From an uncultured Actinomycetota bacterium (GTDB lineage Bacteria > Actinomycetota > Actinomycetes > JAHEKZ01): a stretch of DNA of 64,000 nucleotides. Shown one piece after another: positions 19,615 to 29,742 of the stretch. Below the pieces are notes generated by a model. That model was not told the origin of the DNA, made no database searches, and saw only the letters and a list, made by a program, of their open reading frames with translations. The translations under genes and the position numbers were made by a program. Position 1 is the first letter of the stretch. Each line of letters opens with the position of its first letter. Location: positions 32,001 to 96,000 of the forward strand of contig CAWHIJ010000003.1 of the NCBI GenBank assembly GCA_963829525.1, written 5' to 3'.

Positions 19615-21018
19615 GTGCACGGACGTCGGTGGCGCATGCTCGCGGCGTCGACCTGCGCCGCGCTGACGCTTCTCATGCTGCAGCCGATGACCGCCAACGC
19701 TGTCGTCGACACCACGCCACCCAACCCGCCGACGATCACCGGCCCCAGCGGACGCGTCGCATCGACGAGCGCCAACATCTCCGTGACGCGCGCTGATCCC
19801 TCCGACACCGTGCAGTGTTTTGTCGACGGCGAAGAGGTGAACTGCCCCGGGTCGTGGACGATCACCGGACTTGTCGAAGGCCCTCATGCCGTCACAGCGA
19901 CGGCATACGACGCCGCGAACAACGCGTCGAAAACCGTCTACGTCTCGTGGGTGGTCGACACCGTCGGGCCGGTCGGAACCACGATCGCACCGAACGGACT
20001 CAGCAACCCCGCGACGGTCAGCTTCGACGAAGACGTCGCCGGCACGACGGCGTCGTCGGTGCGACTCGTGACGGATGCGGGCAGCCCCGTGACTACAACG
20101 CGATCGTGCATCACGAACACACTCGAGCCGACGCCATGCTCCGCAACGAATGTGCGCAAGGTTCGCCTGACGCCGGAAGAGGGATGGGTGCTCGGTGAGC
20201 GATACCGCGTACTCGTCAACCCGGGCGGATCGGCAACGGTAGCCGATGACCTGGGCAACGTCGCTGCGGCCACGGACGCCCCATTCCGCGTGCAGACCTG
20301 GACCGAGGAGCTCGGCGCCACGTACACCTGGCGCCCGGTCAGCAACGTCAATGCGCGGGGTGGTTCCTACCTCGTCGAACACCGCCGAGGTGCGAGTGCC
20401 AAGTGGACGTTCAGCGGCGGCTCGCTGACCTGGGTGACCATGACCGGGCCTTCCCACGGCAAGGCCGAGGTGTACATCGACGGCACGCTGCGTGGCAGCT
20501 ACAACAACTACAGCGCGCGGACGCAGTTCGGCGTCAAGCGGACGCTGACCGGTCTCGGCTCGGGAAACCACACCGTCGAGGTGCGCGCCCTCGGCAAGAA
20601 GGGAGCGCGTGCCGGAACCGGCACGCTGGTCGCGGTGGACGGCTTCGTCACCGAGGGCGGCAGCGTTGCCACACCGGTCGTCTCCCAGGCATGGCAGCGC
20701 ATCGCGAACGCTGGAGCATCCAACGGCTACTACGCGGTCGCCGACCTCGCGGGCCAGACCGCAACGCTTCAGTTCCGCGGCACCTCGGTGACGCTGGACA
20801 CCGTCCGCGGTCCACGGTTCGGCAACGTAGCCCTCTACGTTGACGGCGACCTGGCGACCACCGCCGACCTGTACGCGTCCAGCGTCAGCTACGGCCACCA
20901 GGTGACGGTCCCTGGCCTCTCCGACGCGCGGCACACCCTCGAGGTGCGAGTTCTCGGCACCAGGACACCCGCGTCCGCCGGCACCAGTGTCGTCGTGGAT
21001 CGGGTCAGCGTCGGCTGA
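19615..21018 (+). CDS. Secreted Ig-like repeat surface protein with duplicated C-terminal beta domains
   Basis: Signal peptide, DTTPPNPPTIT and EGPH.VTATAYD.A.N Ig motifs; two GPxxG.A.vYiDG repeats. Confidence 0.75.
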   Translation: MHGRRWRMLAASTCAALTLLMLQPMTANAVVDTTPPNPPTITGPSGRVASTSANISVTRADPSDTVQCFVDGEEVNCPGSWTITGLVEGPHAVTATAYDAANNASKTVYVSWVVDTVGPVGTTIAPNGLSNPATVSFDEDVAGTTASSVRLVTDAGSPVTTTRSCITNTLEPTPCSATNVRKVRLTPEEGWVLGERYRVLVNPGGSATVADDLGNVAAATDAPFRVQTWTEELGATYTWRPVSNVNARGGSYLVEHRRGASAKWTFSGGSLTWVTMTGPSHGKAEVYIDGTLRGSYNNYSARTQFGVKRTLTGLGSGNHTVEVRALGKKGARAGTGTLVAVDGFVTEGGSVATPVVSQAWQRIANAGASNGYYAVADLAGQTATLQFRGTSVTLDTVRGPRFGNVALYVDGDLATTADLYASSVSYGHQVTVPGLSDARHTLEVRVLGTRTPASAGTSVVVDRVSVG

Positions 21019-21144
21019 CACAGCGACCCCAGAAGACGGTTTCATCCTTTTAGCCGATCAGCGCTGCCCCCAGGGTGCCGATACAGATTCCGGGACAGGG
21101 CTGCCCGTCGGAGATTCCGACGTGCCTGGGGAATGGACGTCGTC

Positions 21145-23557
21145 ATGGGATACATCAAGCGCGGGCTGACCGCGGTGATCGCGCTGAGTGTGCTCGTAGC
21201 CACCGGCGGAACTGCCCTCGCGGCCCCGCCTCCTGCCGCTCCCACGATCACCACCAAGCCGGCTGCCTTCGTCAACACCACGACCGCAACCTTCGCCTGG
21301 ACGTACTCCAACGCCAGCGCAACCTTCCTCTGCGCGCGCGACGGCGCCAAGGCCACCGCCTGCACGTCACCGGTGACGTACACCGGCCTCGCAGCTGGCG
21401 CACACAAGTTCACCGTGCAAGCCGTCGTCCCTGGCGCAAAGAAGGGACGCGTCGCGACGGTCAACTGGACCATCGACCTGACGCCCCCGAACGCGCCCAC
21501 CGTCTCGCAGCCGGCGACGCCGACCACCTCACAGTCTGCGTCCATCTCGTTCAGCAGCACGTCTACCGGCGTCACCTACAAGTGCTCGCTCGACGGCGCC
21601 GCCTTCGCCACCTGCACCAGCCCGCGCTCGCTCTCGAGCCTCACCGAGGGCTTGCACACCTTCGCCGTCAAAGCCGTCGACCTTGCCGGCAACGAGAGCG
21701 GCCCCAGGTCAGTGGTGTGGAAGGTGGACCGGTCAGCAGCGACGCCGTTCGTCACGTCAGGACCACCATCGACCAGCACCGGCACGGTCAGCTTCGCCTT
21801 CGACAGCGCCGACACCGATGTTGCGTCCTACCAGTGCTCGATGGACTCCACCGTCACCTACACCACCTGCACGTCGCCGAAGACCTTCCCCCCGCTCGGC
21901 AACGGCAGCCACACCTTCCGGGTCAAGGCGACGGACGCGCTTGGCAACGTCTCGAGCCCGGCCGTCTACACCTGGAACGTCCTGAACCCTCCGCCCATCG
22001 CGCTGGCGTGGAGCGATCCGAGCGGTCTGCCTGCGGCGGTGACGAGCGCAACCACGGGGACGTTCGCTTTCACGGCCACCGGCCAGAGCACGCTGACCTG
22101 TCGCCTCGACGGCGTCGACCAAGCAACGTGCACGAGCCCTGAGTCGGTGAACTCGCTCGCGGACGGTACGCACACCTTCGCGGTCGTGGCCAACGCTGGC
22201 CTCGGTAGCCAGGTCGTGCTCAGCGACACCTGGGTGGTCGACACCGTGGCGCCGGATGCACCCGTGATCACCGGTCCTGACGCGCGCACGTCCTCGACCG
22301 ACGCGGTCATCACAGTCCTTCCCGGCGACCCCAACGACGTGATCACCTGCACGGTCGACGGCACGCCAGCCGCGTGTGCGGCCGCGATCAACCTGAGCGG
22401 TCTTACCGAAGACGCCCCACAACGTCACGGCAACGGCCACCGACGCCGCAGGCAACACCGCCGAGACCCAGTTCGACTGGACCATCGACCTGACCGGCCC
22501 TGTCGCGACTCCCGCCGCACCCACGACACTCACCTCACCATTCGTCGTGACCTTCGACGAGGACGTCACCGGTGTCGACACCGCCTCGGTGGTGCTCGCA
22601 GACGAGGCCGGAGTCGCGGTTCAGTCGACGCAGACCTGCCTCACCGTCGCCGCCGCCGTCACCGACTGCAGCAACACCGACGTGCGCAGCGTGAAGCTCG
22701 CGGCGTCCAGCAAGGTGCTGCTTGGTCAGTACTACCGCGTCCAGGTGAACCCGGTCGGCAGCGAGCTGGTGACCGACGACCTGGGCAACGTCGCCGGCAC
22801 CGTCGACGACCTGCTGCGCGCACCGACGACAGCCAGTGAGTCGTCGCTCGGCGCGACGTTCACCTGGCGCAAGGTCGTCGACAAGAAGGCCAAGGGTGGC
22901 TCGTACTTCAGCGAGCACCGCAAGGGCGCGCGCGCCTCGTGGACGTTCTCCGGCAAGTCAGTGGGATGGCTCACTGTGACGGGCCCGAGCTACGGCAAGG
23001 CTGACGTGTACATCGACGGCAAGCGCAAGAGCACCGTCAACAACTACACCAAGACCGTCAAGCACGGTGTCACCCGCACGGTGAAGGGGCTGGCGAAGGG
23101 CACCCACACGATCGAGATCCGCGTGCTCGGGAAGAAGGGTGCCAAGGCGGGCAAGGGAACCTTCGTCGCGATCGACGGCTTCAAGGTGGGCAGCAAGGTC
23201 ACCGCAACGCCGTCGCTGACCAAGGTGGCGTGGCAAAAGGTGTCGAGCAAAGCAGCAAGCAACGGCACCTACGTCATCGCCGACCTCAAGGGACAGACGA
23301 TGAAGGCCAGCGTGCGTGGCACGTCGGTGGTGCTGCGCGGCGCGCGCGGACCTGCGTACGGCAAGGTCGGCCTCTACGTCGACGGCAAGCTGGTCAAGTC
23401 CGTTGACCTGTATGCGAAGTCCGTCAAGTTCGGAACCGTTGCTTCGGTGACCGGGTTGACCGACGCCAAGCACACCGTGCTGGTGAAGGTGCTCGGCAGC
23501 AAGAACAAGAAGTCCAAGAGCACCGCAATCGTGGTCGACGGTCTGTCGGTCGGCTGA
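21145..23557 (+). CDS. Larger paralogous Ig-like repeat surface protein (frameshift ~22415)
   Basis: About five C.LDG..C.SP..L..G.HTF.V.A repeats, then the same FDEDV / DDLGN / GPxYGK domains as the neighbour. Confidence 0.75.
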
Positions 23558-23621
23558 GCGGGCGAGCGATCCGGTCGCGTTGCCAGAGCGACGCTGACGA
23601 CCGGCGCGCTACCGTGACGCC

Positions 23622-24191
23622 ATGGCAGACGACACCTGGCAGCCTCCCCCTTGGGAGCCGCCTATCGCAGGCACCGAAGCCGAGCATCTCGTCGGTGCGC
23701 TCGACCGGCTGCGCACGACCTTTCGCTGGAAGGCCGACCGCCTCGATGCGGCAGGGTTGCACACCCGCATCGGCGCGTCCTCACTGACGCTCGGCGGCCT
23801 GCTCAAGCACCTCGCGTTTGTTGAGGACTACACCTTGAACACCAAGTTCAAGGGCGAGTCACCGGGGCCACCGTGGGAAACGGTCGACTGGGACAACGTC
23901 GACGACGACTGGGTCTTCGCCTCGGCTGACGACGACAGCCCCGCGAAGCTCTACGCGCTGTGGGACGGTGCCGTCGACCGCTCTCGCGCGAAGCTGGACG
24001 CGGCCCTGGCCGACGGCGGGCTCGACCAGCTCGCCCACATCTCTGGGCCCGACGGCGTCCATGCGAGCCTGCGCCGACTCGTCTGCGACCTCATCGAGGA
24101 GTACGGCCGGCACACCGGTCACGCCGACCTGCTGCGCGAGGCAGTGGACGGCCGGGTCGGCGAGGACCCCCCGGAGGACTGGCGCGCCTAA
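23622..24191 (+). CDS. DinB/DUF664 family protein
   Basis: LGGLLKHLAFVE, SLRRL..LIEEYGRHTGHADLLREAVDG. Confidence 0.9.
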   Translation: MADDTWQPPPWEPPIAGTEAEHLVGALDRLRTTFRWKADRLDAAGLHTRIGASSLTLGGLLKHLAFVEDYTLNTKFKGESPGPPWETVDWDNVDDDWVFASADDDSPAKLYALWDGAVDRSRAKLDAALADGGLDQLAHISGPDGVHASLRRLVCDLIEEYGRHTGHADLLREAVDGRVGEDPPEDWRA

Positions 24192-24325
24192 CGGATGGCG
24201 TCAACCGGTCACCCACTCGGCGGGCTTGGGGTTGGGTCAGCTGTGGCCGGGATCGACGGGCGGGCCAGCCTCGTGGTCGACGGCCCCACCTAGTTCGGCC
24301 ACCTGCACCTGCTCGTAAGGAGCGG

Positions 24326-26319
24326 TCAGCGGGTCGAGGGCGGCCCGTGGCGTCGGCGGCGTCCACGCTGCTTGGGCTGGCGAGAACTCCTCACCAACGG
24401 GGACCTCGTCGATCGCCGAAAACTGAGTGTCGAGTGAGTGTCGAGCGGGGTGTCGTCATCGAGGCCGAACCGGGCGCCTGACGCCGTGTCGGCCGGAAGC
24501 AGGTCGACCCTGGGCGGGGCATGGACGTGGCCGCGAATCACCTCTGCGAGCGGAACGCCAGCCGATCCCCCGATCACCTTTTCGTCGGCGGCGACCACGG
24601 AGGTGAGCGTCGGCTCGTCGGACTTGGTCTTCGACCGTGCCGCCAGCGGCGTCCGGCAGAACCGTGCGAGCCGCAGACGCGTGCACCGTCGCGCTGGCCG
24701 CTGGCCGAGGCGCAGGTGCTTCCCCTTCCGTTGGTAGCGCAGCCGTTGCTGGCGCCGCCTTCGCAGTCGCAGACTCCACCGGTGCCTTGGCGGGAGGCTC
24801 GACCGGTGACTCGACAGCTGGCTCACCTGGTGGCTTGGCTCCAGGAACCTTGCCGACGGGGAACGTTGGCGTCGGCGACCCGTTGACTCCCGGCATCCCA
24901 CCGAAGCCGGCGGGGATGACAGGGGCGTGGTCCTCGAACTTGCTGCGCGTCTCGGTGGCTCGGTAGTCGTACTGGTAGCCGTAGCCGTAGCGGTGTGAGT
25001 CCGGTCCGCGCGGCGGCGCCATGTTGAGCACCAGGCCGAGGATCTTTCCACCCACCGATCTCGATGCTCTGCTCGGCGGTGCGCAGCTGCTCGCGCCGCG
25101 TCTTGCCGGTGGCGATCACCACCAGCGCACCGCCGGACAGGCGCGTCAGCACCGCAGCGTCGGTGACCGGCAGCAGCGGCGGAGCGTCGATGATCAGCGT
25201 CGCACGCTTCTCGAGGTGGTTGACGAGGTCAGACATCGCCTGGCTGCCGAGCAGCTCAGACGGGTTCGGGGGCAGCGGCCCTGACGCCATCACCCAGAGG
25301 TTGCCGGTGGCGCCCCACGGCTGCAGCACCTCGTCGACCGTTGCGCGTCCGACGAGGACGTCGGTCAGGCCGGCACCGCCTTCGATGTGGAGGTAGTCGG
25401 CAACCTTCGGACGACGCAGGTCGGCCTCGATCAGGAAGACCGGTTGGCCGGTCTGCGCGATGGTGATCGCGAGGTTGATCGCCGTCGTCGTCTTGCCTTC
25501 GCGCGGCACCGAGCTGGTGATGACGATCGACTTGGGCCGGTGGTCGATGTCGACGAACTGCAAGTTGGTGCGCACCTGACGGAACGACTCCGAGCGCTTG
25601 CTCTGTCCCTGCGCGTCAGTGAGCAGCGGCTTCTTCTCGGCCTCTGCCTCGAACCCGATCACGCCGAGCAGCGGATGCTCGAAGTGCTTGGTGAGCGCCT
25701 CGATCGACTTGATGCGGGTGTCGAGGGTCTCGAGCAGCACCGCAGCACCCACACCAACGGCCAGCCCGACGAGGAACCCGAGCGCGAGGTTGATCATCGT
25801 GCGCGGCGAGGACGGCGACGTCGGCAGCGGGGCTTTGTCGGTCGTGCTGACCTTGACCAGTGGTACCCCACCCGCGCCCGGTTGCTCCAGCTTGGCAACC
25901 TGGGCCCCCAGCGCGTCGGCCGTCGAGTTGGCGATCGACTGCGCGAGCGCAGGGTTGGCGTCGGTGGCCGAGATCTCCAGCGAGACAGTGTCGATGGGGT
26001 TGTTGAGTTCAACCTTCCCGGCAAGCTGGGTAGGTGTGAGCGGTAGTCCGAGATCTTCGATGACCGCAGCCATCACGTCGTCGGAGGTGCCGATACCGAC
26101 GTAGGACTTCACTCGGTCCTGCGCGAAGAGGTTTCCCTGAAGTGCTGTTCCGACCGACGGGTCGCCGCCGTTGACCGAGACGAAGGTGGTTGCCGTCGTC
26201 GTGTACATCGGCGTGGCCAGCATCGAGGCCAACGCCGCAGCCATGACACCGAGGAGCGTGGTCGCCAGGATGAGGCGCCAACGAGCCCGCAGGATGTCTA
26301 TGTAGTCACGCAGATCCAC
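24326..26319 (-). CDS. Polysaccharide biosynthesis tyrosine autokinase, copy 2 (frameshift ~25055; 3' end uncertain)
   Basis: VDLRDYIDILRARW, ESFRQVRTNLQF, SSVPREGKTT, EADLRRP, PNPSELLGS, IDAPPLL, YGYGYQYDY then Pro/Ala tail. Confidence 0.85.
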
Positions 26320-26464
26320 AGCGAGTGACCTTCCGATTGCAGAGCGTACCGACCCCTGGCGGCGCGGGGATGCGCCGTCAGCAACATGCAGGAGCGCCGC
26401 CGCCGAAATCGGGGGCTCCCCCTCCATGATGGCCTATTAGCGCCGAAATTGGGATGTGACGCAT

Positions 26465-26803
26465 GTGACAGGAGTGACGGATGGGGCGCGAGTGCGCTTC
26501 CGGCGTCCGGAATGGGTCGCGCACGTCATCGACGAGACAGCCGAACCGCCGCGGGCGGTGCTGCTGCACCTGCCGTCCGGGAAGCGGACCGGCCTGTCCG
26601 AAACCGCCACCCGCATCTGGCAGGAGATCGTCGCATCCGGCACCGAGGGCGTTTCCGTGAGCGCTATCGCCGCGATCGTGGCCCCCGAGTACAGCGCGGA
26701 CCCTGCGATCATCGCGCACGATGTCGTCGCGCTGCTGAACGACATGGTCGCCGGTGAGTGGGTCGAGATCGTTCCGGAGCACGCGGGGGGTGGGCAGGGA
26801 TGA
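26465..26803 (+). CDS. PqqD family (RRE-like) protein
   Basis: VLLHLPSG..GLSETATRIW, EYSADPAIIAHDVVALLNDM pattern; start approximate. Confidence 0.75.
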   Translation: MTGVTDGARVRFRRPEWVAHVIDETAEPPRAVLLHLPSGKRTGLSETATRIWQEIVASGTEGVSVSAIAAIVAPEYSADPAIIAHDVVALLNDMVAGEWVEIVPEHAGGGQG

Positions 26804-27771
26804 GGCGCGGAGCCGTTACCGGGGGAATCGTCGGAGTGCTCGCTCTGGGAACCACCCTGCTCGTGGTGCTGGCGTTGCGACCCGCCCAGACCCAAGTGGC
26901 TCCCGTCGACCCGTTCGAGATGGGGGCGGTGGCCGCCCGCGGCAACACGATCTGGCGCTGGGCTGGGCCTGCCGACTGCAACGTCGACGCGGACGCCGTG
27001 CAGATCGAGCGCAGCGTCGACGGCGGCGAATGGATCCCCAGCCCGATGCCGCTCGCCAACGTCTACGGGATCTCGTTCGCCGACGACGAGGCGGGCGTCG
27101 CGACCGGAACGACCAGCGAGTGCACCCGCGGCGTCGCCGTCACCAAAGACGGCGGCCGCACCTGGATCGCACGCAAGGCCAACCCGGTCCTGCTCGACGC
27201 CTGGTACGAGGGCAACATCATCTGGGGCATCGAAGGGACCATCGGGCAACCGGTGCTGGCTGCGTACGAGGTGGACACGCGCCTTCGCTTGCAACCGGTC
27301 AAGGGCATCAGCTCCATCCAGCCGTGCGACGCCGCCGACGGCGTCCCCGATCAGATCGGCTACTGGAACGACACAACTGGCCTGCTCTTCTGCGAGAACG
27401 ACGTCGTGGGGTCGCGGTTGGTTGCGCGCACCACCAACCAGGGCAAGAACTTCGAGCGGCTGGCCGACGACCGCCCTGCGACCGGGCTCGATGGTGGCGG
27501 GTCGGTGCTCGACATGGACGTCGCCGGCTCCGAGACCGTGTGGCTGCAGATCACCTCAGAAGCCGGCTGCAGCGAGGGGCAGCTTCGGGTGAGCGACAGT
27601 CAGGGTGCGGTCTTCGACCGGCTGCCGTGCCCGTCGAAGTCGGTGGACATCAACGAGGTGCTCGACGTGGCTTTCACGAGTGAGACCAACGGCGTCATGC
27701 TGGCGCTGCTCGACCGGGAACCGGTCATGTACGTGACCAAAGACGGCGGCGCATCCTGGAAGACCCCGTAA
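26800..27771 (+). CDS. Secreted/membrane-anchored BNR (Asp-box) repeat protein
   Basis: N-terminal TM; SVDGGEW, TKDGGRTW, TTNQGKNF, SDSQGAVF, TKDGGASW; ATGA overlap with PqqD stop. Confidence 0.75.
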   Translation: MRRGAVTGGIVGVLALGTTLLVVLALRPAQTQVAPVDPFEMGAVAARGNTIWRWAGPADCNVDADAVQIERSVDGGEWIPSPMPLANVYGISFADDEAGVATGTTSECTRGVAVTKDGGRTWIARKANPVLLDAWYEGNIIWGIEGTIGQPVLAAYEVDTRLRLQPVKGISSIQPCDAADGVPDQIGYWNDTTGLLFCENDVVGSRLVARTTNQGKNFERLADDRPATGLDGGGSVLDMDVAGSETVWLQITSEAGCSEGQLRVSDSQGAVFDRLPCPSKSVDINEVLDVAFTSETNGVMLALLDREPVMYVTKDGGASWKTP

Positions 27772-27777
27772 CCCCTA

Positions 27778-27887
27778 CGGCTCGCCGAGTGCACACCAGG
27801 TTGACGCCCACGCCCGCCGAGTGCACACCAGGTTGACGCCCACGCCCGCCGAGTGCACACCAGGTTGACGCCCACGCCCGCCGAGTG
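27778..27887 (+). repeat. 3+ x 32-bp tandem repeat upstream of DUF559-like gene
   Basis: GCCGAGTGCACACCAGGTTGACGCCCACGCCC starting at 27784, 27816, 27848, partial 27880. Confidence 0.95.
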
Positions 27888-27909
27888 TGTGGATGCCAGT
27901 TTGTCCACA
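27888..27909. promoter_or_regulatory. DnaA-box-like motif pair
   Basis: TGTGGA-N10-TCCACA; TTGTCCACA at 27901-27909. Confidence 0.5.
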
Positions 27910-27984
27910 GCTCAGGAACCTCGCATTGTCCCCACATGGGACCGGCCCGCCACGGCCCGGCAGAAACTTCACCATTGTCGGTCC

Positions 27985-28911
27985 ATGTTTCCTTCCAGCC
28001 CCTTCACAAGACCTGAGGCGCTCGACTCCGGTTTCGGCGAACGCGAGTGGCGCACTCACGCCGAGGCCGGACTCGTGCGCGAGGTCATCCCCGGCTTCTT
28101 TGTCGACGCCGCATTACCAGACACCCTCGAGCTCCGACTCGCCATCACCCGCCGTGCCATACCTCCCGGCGTCGTGGTGGCTCGTCGTGCTGCCGCCTGG
28201 CTGCACGGGCTTGACGTCCTCGACTACCGCGGCTTTCCTGCCACGCCGAAGATCGAGGTGGCAACGCGTGCGAGACGAGACCGACCACGCAACCAACTGA
28301 TGCTGGCTCATGTCGCCGATGACCTTCTGCCGTCAGACGTCACCGAGATCGACGGAATCCAGGTGACAACCCCGCTCCGGACGGCGGCCGATCTCGCCCG
28401 GTTCTCTCCCCGCCCCGACTCCCTCGTCTGCGTTGATGCCTTCCTGCACAAAGGGCTCTTCTCTCTGGAGCAGTTCGAGAAGAGCCTGGTGCGTTGGCGA
28501 GGACGACGCGGTGTCCGACAGGCCTATGAGATTGCCGGGATCGCCGACGCCCGGAGCGAGTCCGGCGGTGAGTCGCGCCTTCGTTTGCGGGTGATCGACA
28601 TGGGTCTGCCACGTCCAGAGCTGCAGATCCCGGTCTACGACCTCTTCGGGAATGTGCGCTTCTACCTCGACCTCGGCTGGCCGCACTGGCGGCTCGCGCT
28701 CGAATACGACGGTGAGGAGTTCCACGGAGAAGAAGCGACGGAGCACGACCTTGCACGTCGCAAATGGATCAGAGAGCGCGGATGGACGGTAAAGGCATAT
28801 CGCAAAGAAGACATCTTCACGTCATCGCAGCACTTCGAACACGAAGTTATGGCCCTGGTTAAAAAGTCGCAGGGCTGGGCGACAACAGGATTCCGTGCAC
28901 TCGACACCTGA
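27985..28911 (+). CDS. DUF559/Vsr-like nuclease-domain protein (AbiEi-associated actinobacterial family)
   Basis: AAWLHG, VTTPLRTAADLAR, SESGGESRLRL, LPRPELQ, LDLGWP..RLALEYDGEEFH, RGW. Confidence 0.85.
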   Translation: MFPSSPFTRPEALDSGFGEREWRTHAEAGLVREVIPGFFVDAALPDTLELRLAITRRAIPPGVVVARRAAAWLHGLDVLDYRGFPATPKIEVATRARRDRPRNQLMLAHVADDLLPSDVTEIDGIQVTTPLRTAADLARFSPRPDSLVCVDAFLHKGLFSLEQFEKSLVRWRGRRGVRQAYEIAGIADARSESGGESRLRLRVIDMGLPRPELQIPVYDLFGNVRFYLDLGWPHWRLALEYDGEEFHGEEATEHDLARRKWIRERGWTVKAYRKEDIFTSSQHFEHEVMALVKKSQGWATTGFRALDT

Positions 28912-28976
28912 TGCCGTCAACCTGATGTGCACTCGGCGAGCCGGGGCCGTCAACCTGATGTGCACTCGGCGAGCCC
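28895..28976 (-). repeat. Two inverted copies (plus partial) of the 27.8-kb repeat
   Basis: CGTCAACCTGATGTGCACTCGGCGAG at 28915 and 28948 is the reverse complement of 27781-27806 with one mismatch. Confidence 0.92.
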
Positions 28977-29000
28977 GGGGCTTGCCCGTGTGCATGTCGG

Positions 29001-29612
29001 TCAGTGCGAGCTGCTGCGGCGACGCCGGGTGGCGATCACCAACAGGAAGCCTGCGCCCAACAGAACCGCTGCCACCAGAACGGTGCCGGCGATCTCGCTA
29101 CCGGTGCGCGGAAGGCCGCCACCGAGGAACGGGACGCCCCCGGCGTTGGCGTCGGCGTTGTCACCGGAGCCGGAGCCCGTGCCACCATCGTTGCCACCGT
29201 CAGAGACGGGGACGACGTCTTCACTTTTCGCGGTCACCGTGATGTCGGCCGCGAGAGAAAGATCCTCGCCGGTGTCGGAGGTGCCCGACATCGTCACGCG
29301 GTTGACGCCGGCAACGGTGAACGTCACGGAGGTAGTGGCGATGCCGCGGCTGTTGGCCTTGGCACTCGACGTACCCACCGACGAGCCATCGACGCTGACG
29401 TCGACGGCTACTGGCGAGCCGGCACGGAAGGTCTGTGCGGTGAGCCTGACGGAGCTGCCGATTGTCGCGGTGTAAGTGTCCGCGGAGATCTTGTAGAACT
29501 TCGGCGGGTAGTCCGGCTGTGCGTTCGCCGAGCCCATCCCCATCGGCACCGCCAGAACAGCAGCGGTGGCGAGAACGGACATGCTGCGACGCAGTGTCTT
29601 GGTGCCGAACAC
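29001..29612 (-). CDS. Secreted protein with LPXTG (LPRTG) sortase sorting signal
   Basis: Signal peptide ..ANAQPDYP, Gly/Asp linker, LPRTG + TM + RRRR tail. Confidence 0.85.
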   Translation of the reverse strand: MFGTKTLRRSMSVLATAAVLAVPMGMGSANAQPDYPPKFYKISADTYTATIGSSVRLTAQTFRAGSPVAVDVSVDGSSVGTSSAKANSRGIATTSVTFTVAGVNRVTMSGTSDTGEDLSLAADITVTAKSEDVVPVSDGGNDGGTGSGSGDNADANAGGVPFLGGGLPRTGSEIAGTVLVAAVLLGAGFLLVIATRRRRSSSH

Positions 29613-29742
29613 CCCGCACCCCCATCTTGTGACAACCCCAGGGCGGAAGTCCCCGAGCGTTCGTAATTTGGCACGACACCGACCGATCAGCCGGCTCCGT
29701 GCATCAGCGTGCCTAGCCTAGCGGCATTTGGGCGGTTTGCTG

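Noticed and set aside
18588-26803. Canonical lasso-peptide or radical-SAM RiPP cluster
   Set aside because: PqqD and kinase are present, but there is no cyclase, B2 protease, CxxxCxxC enzyme or short lasso-type precursor in the window.
27778-28976. Classical insertion sequence
   Set aside because: The ORF has no DDE or HUH transposase motif that I can see and no clear target-site duplication; kept only as a hypothetical repeat-nuclease element.
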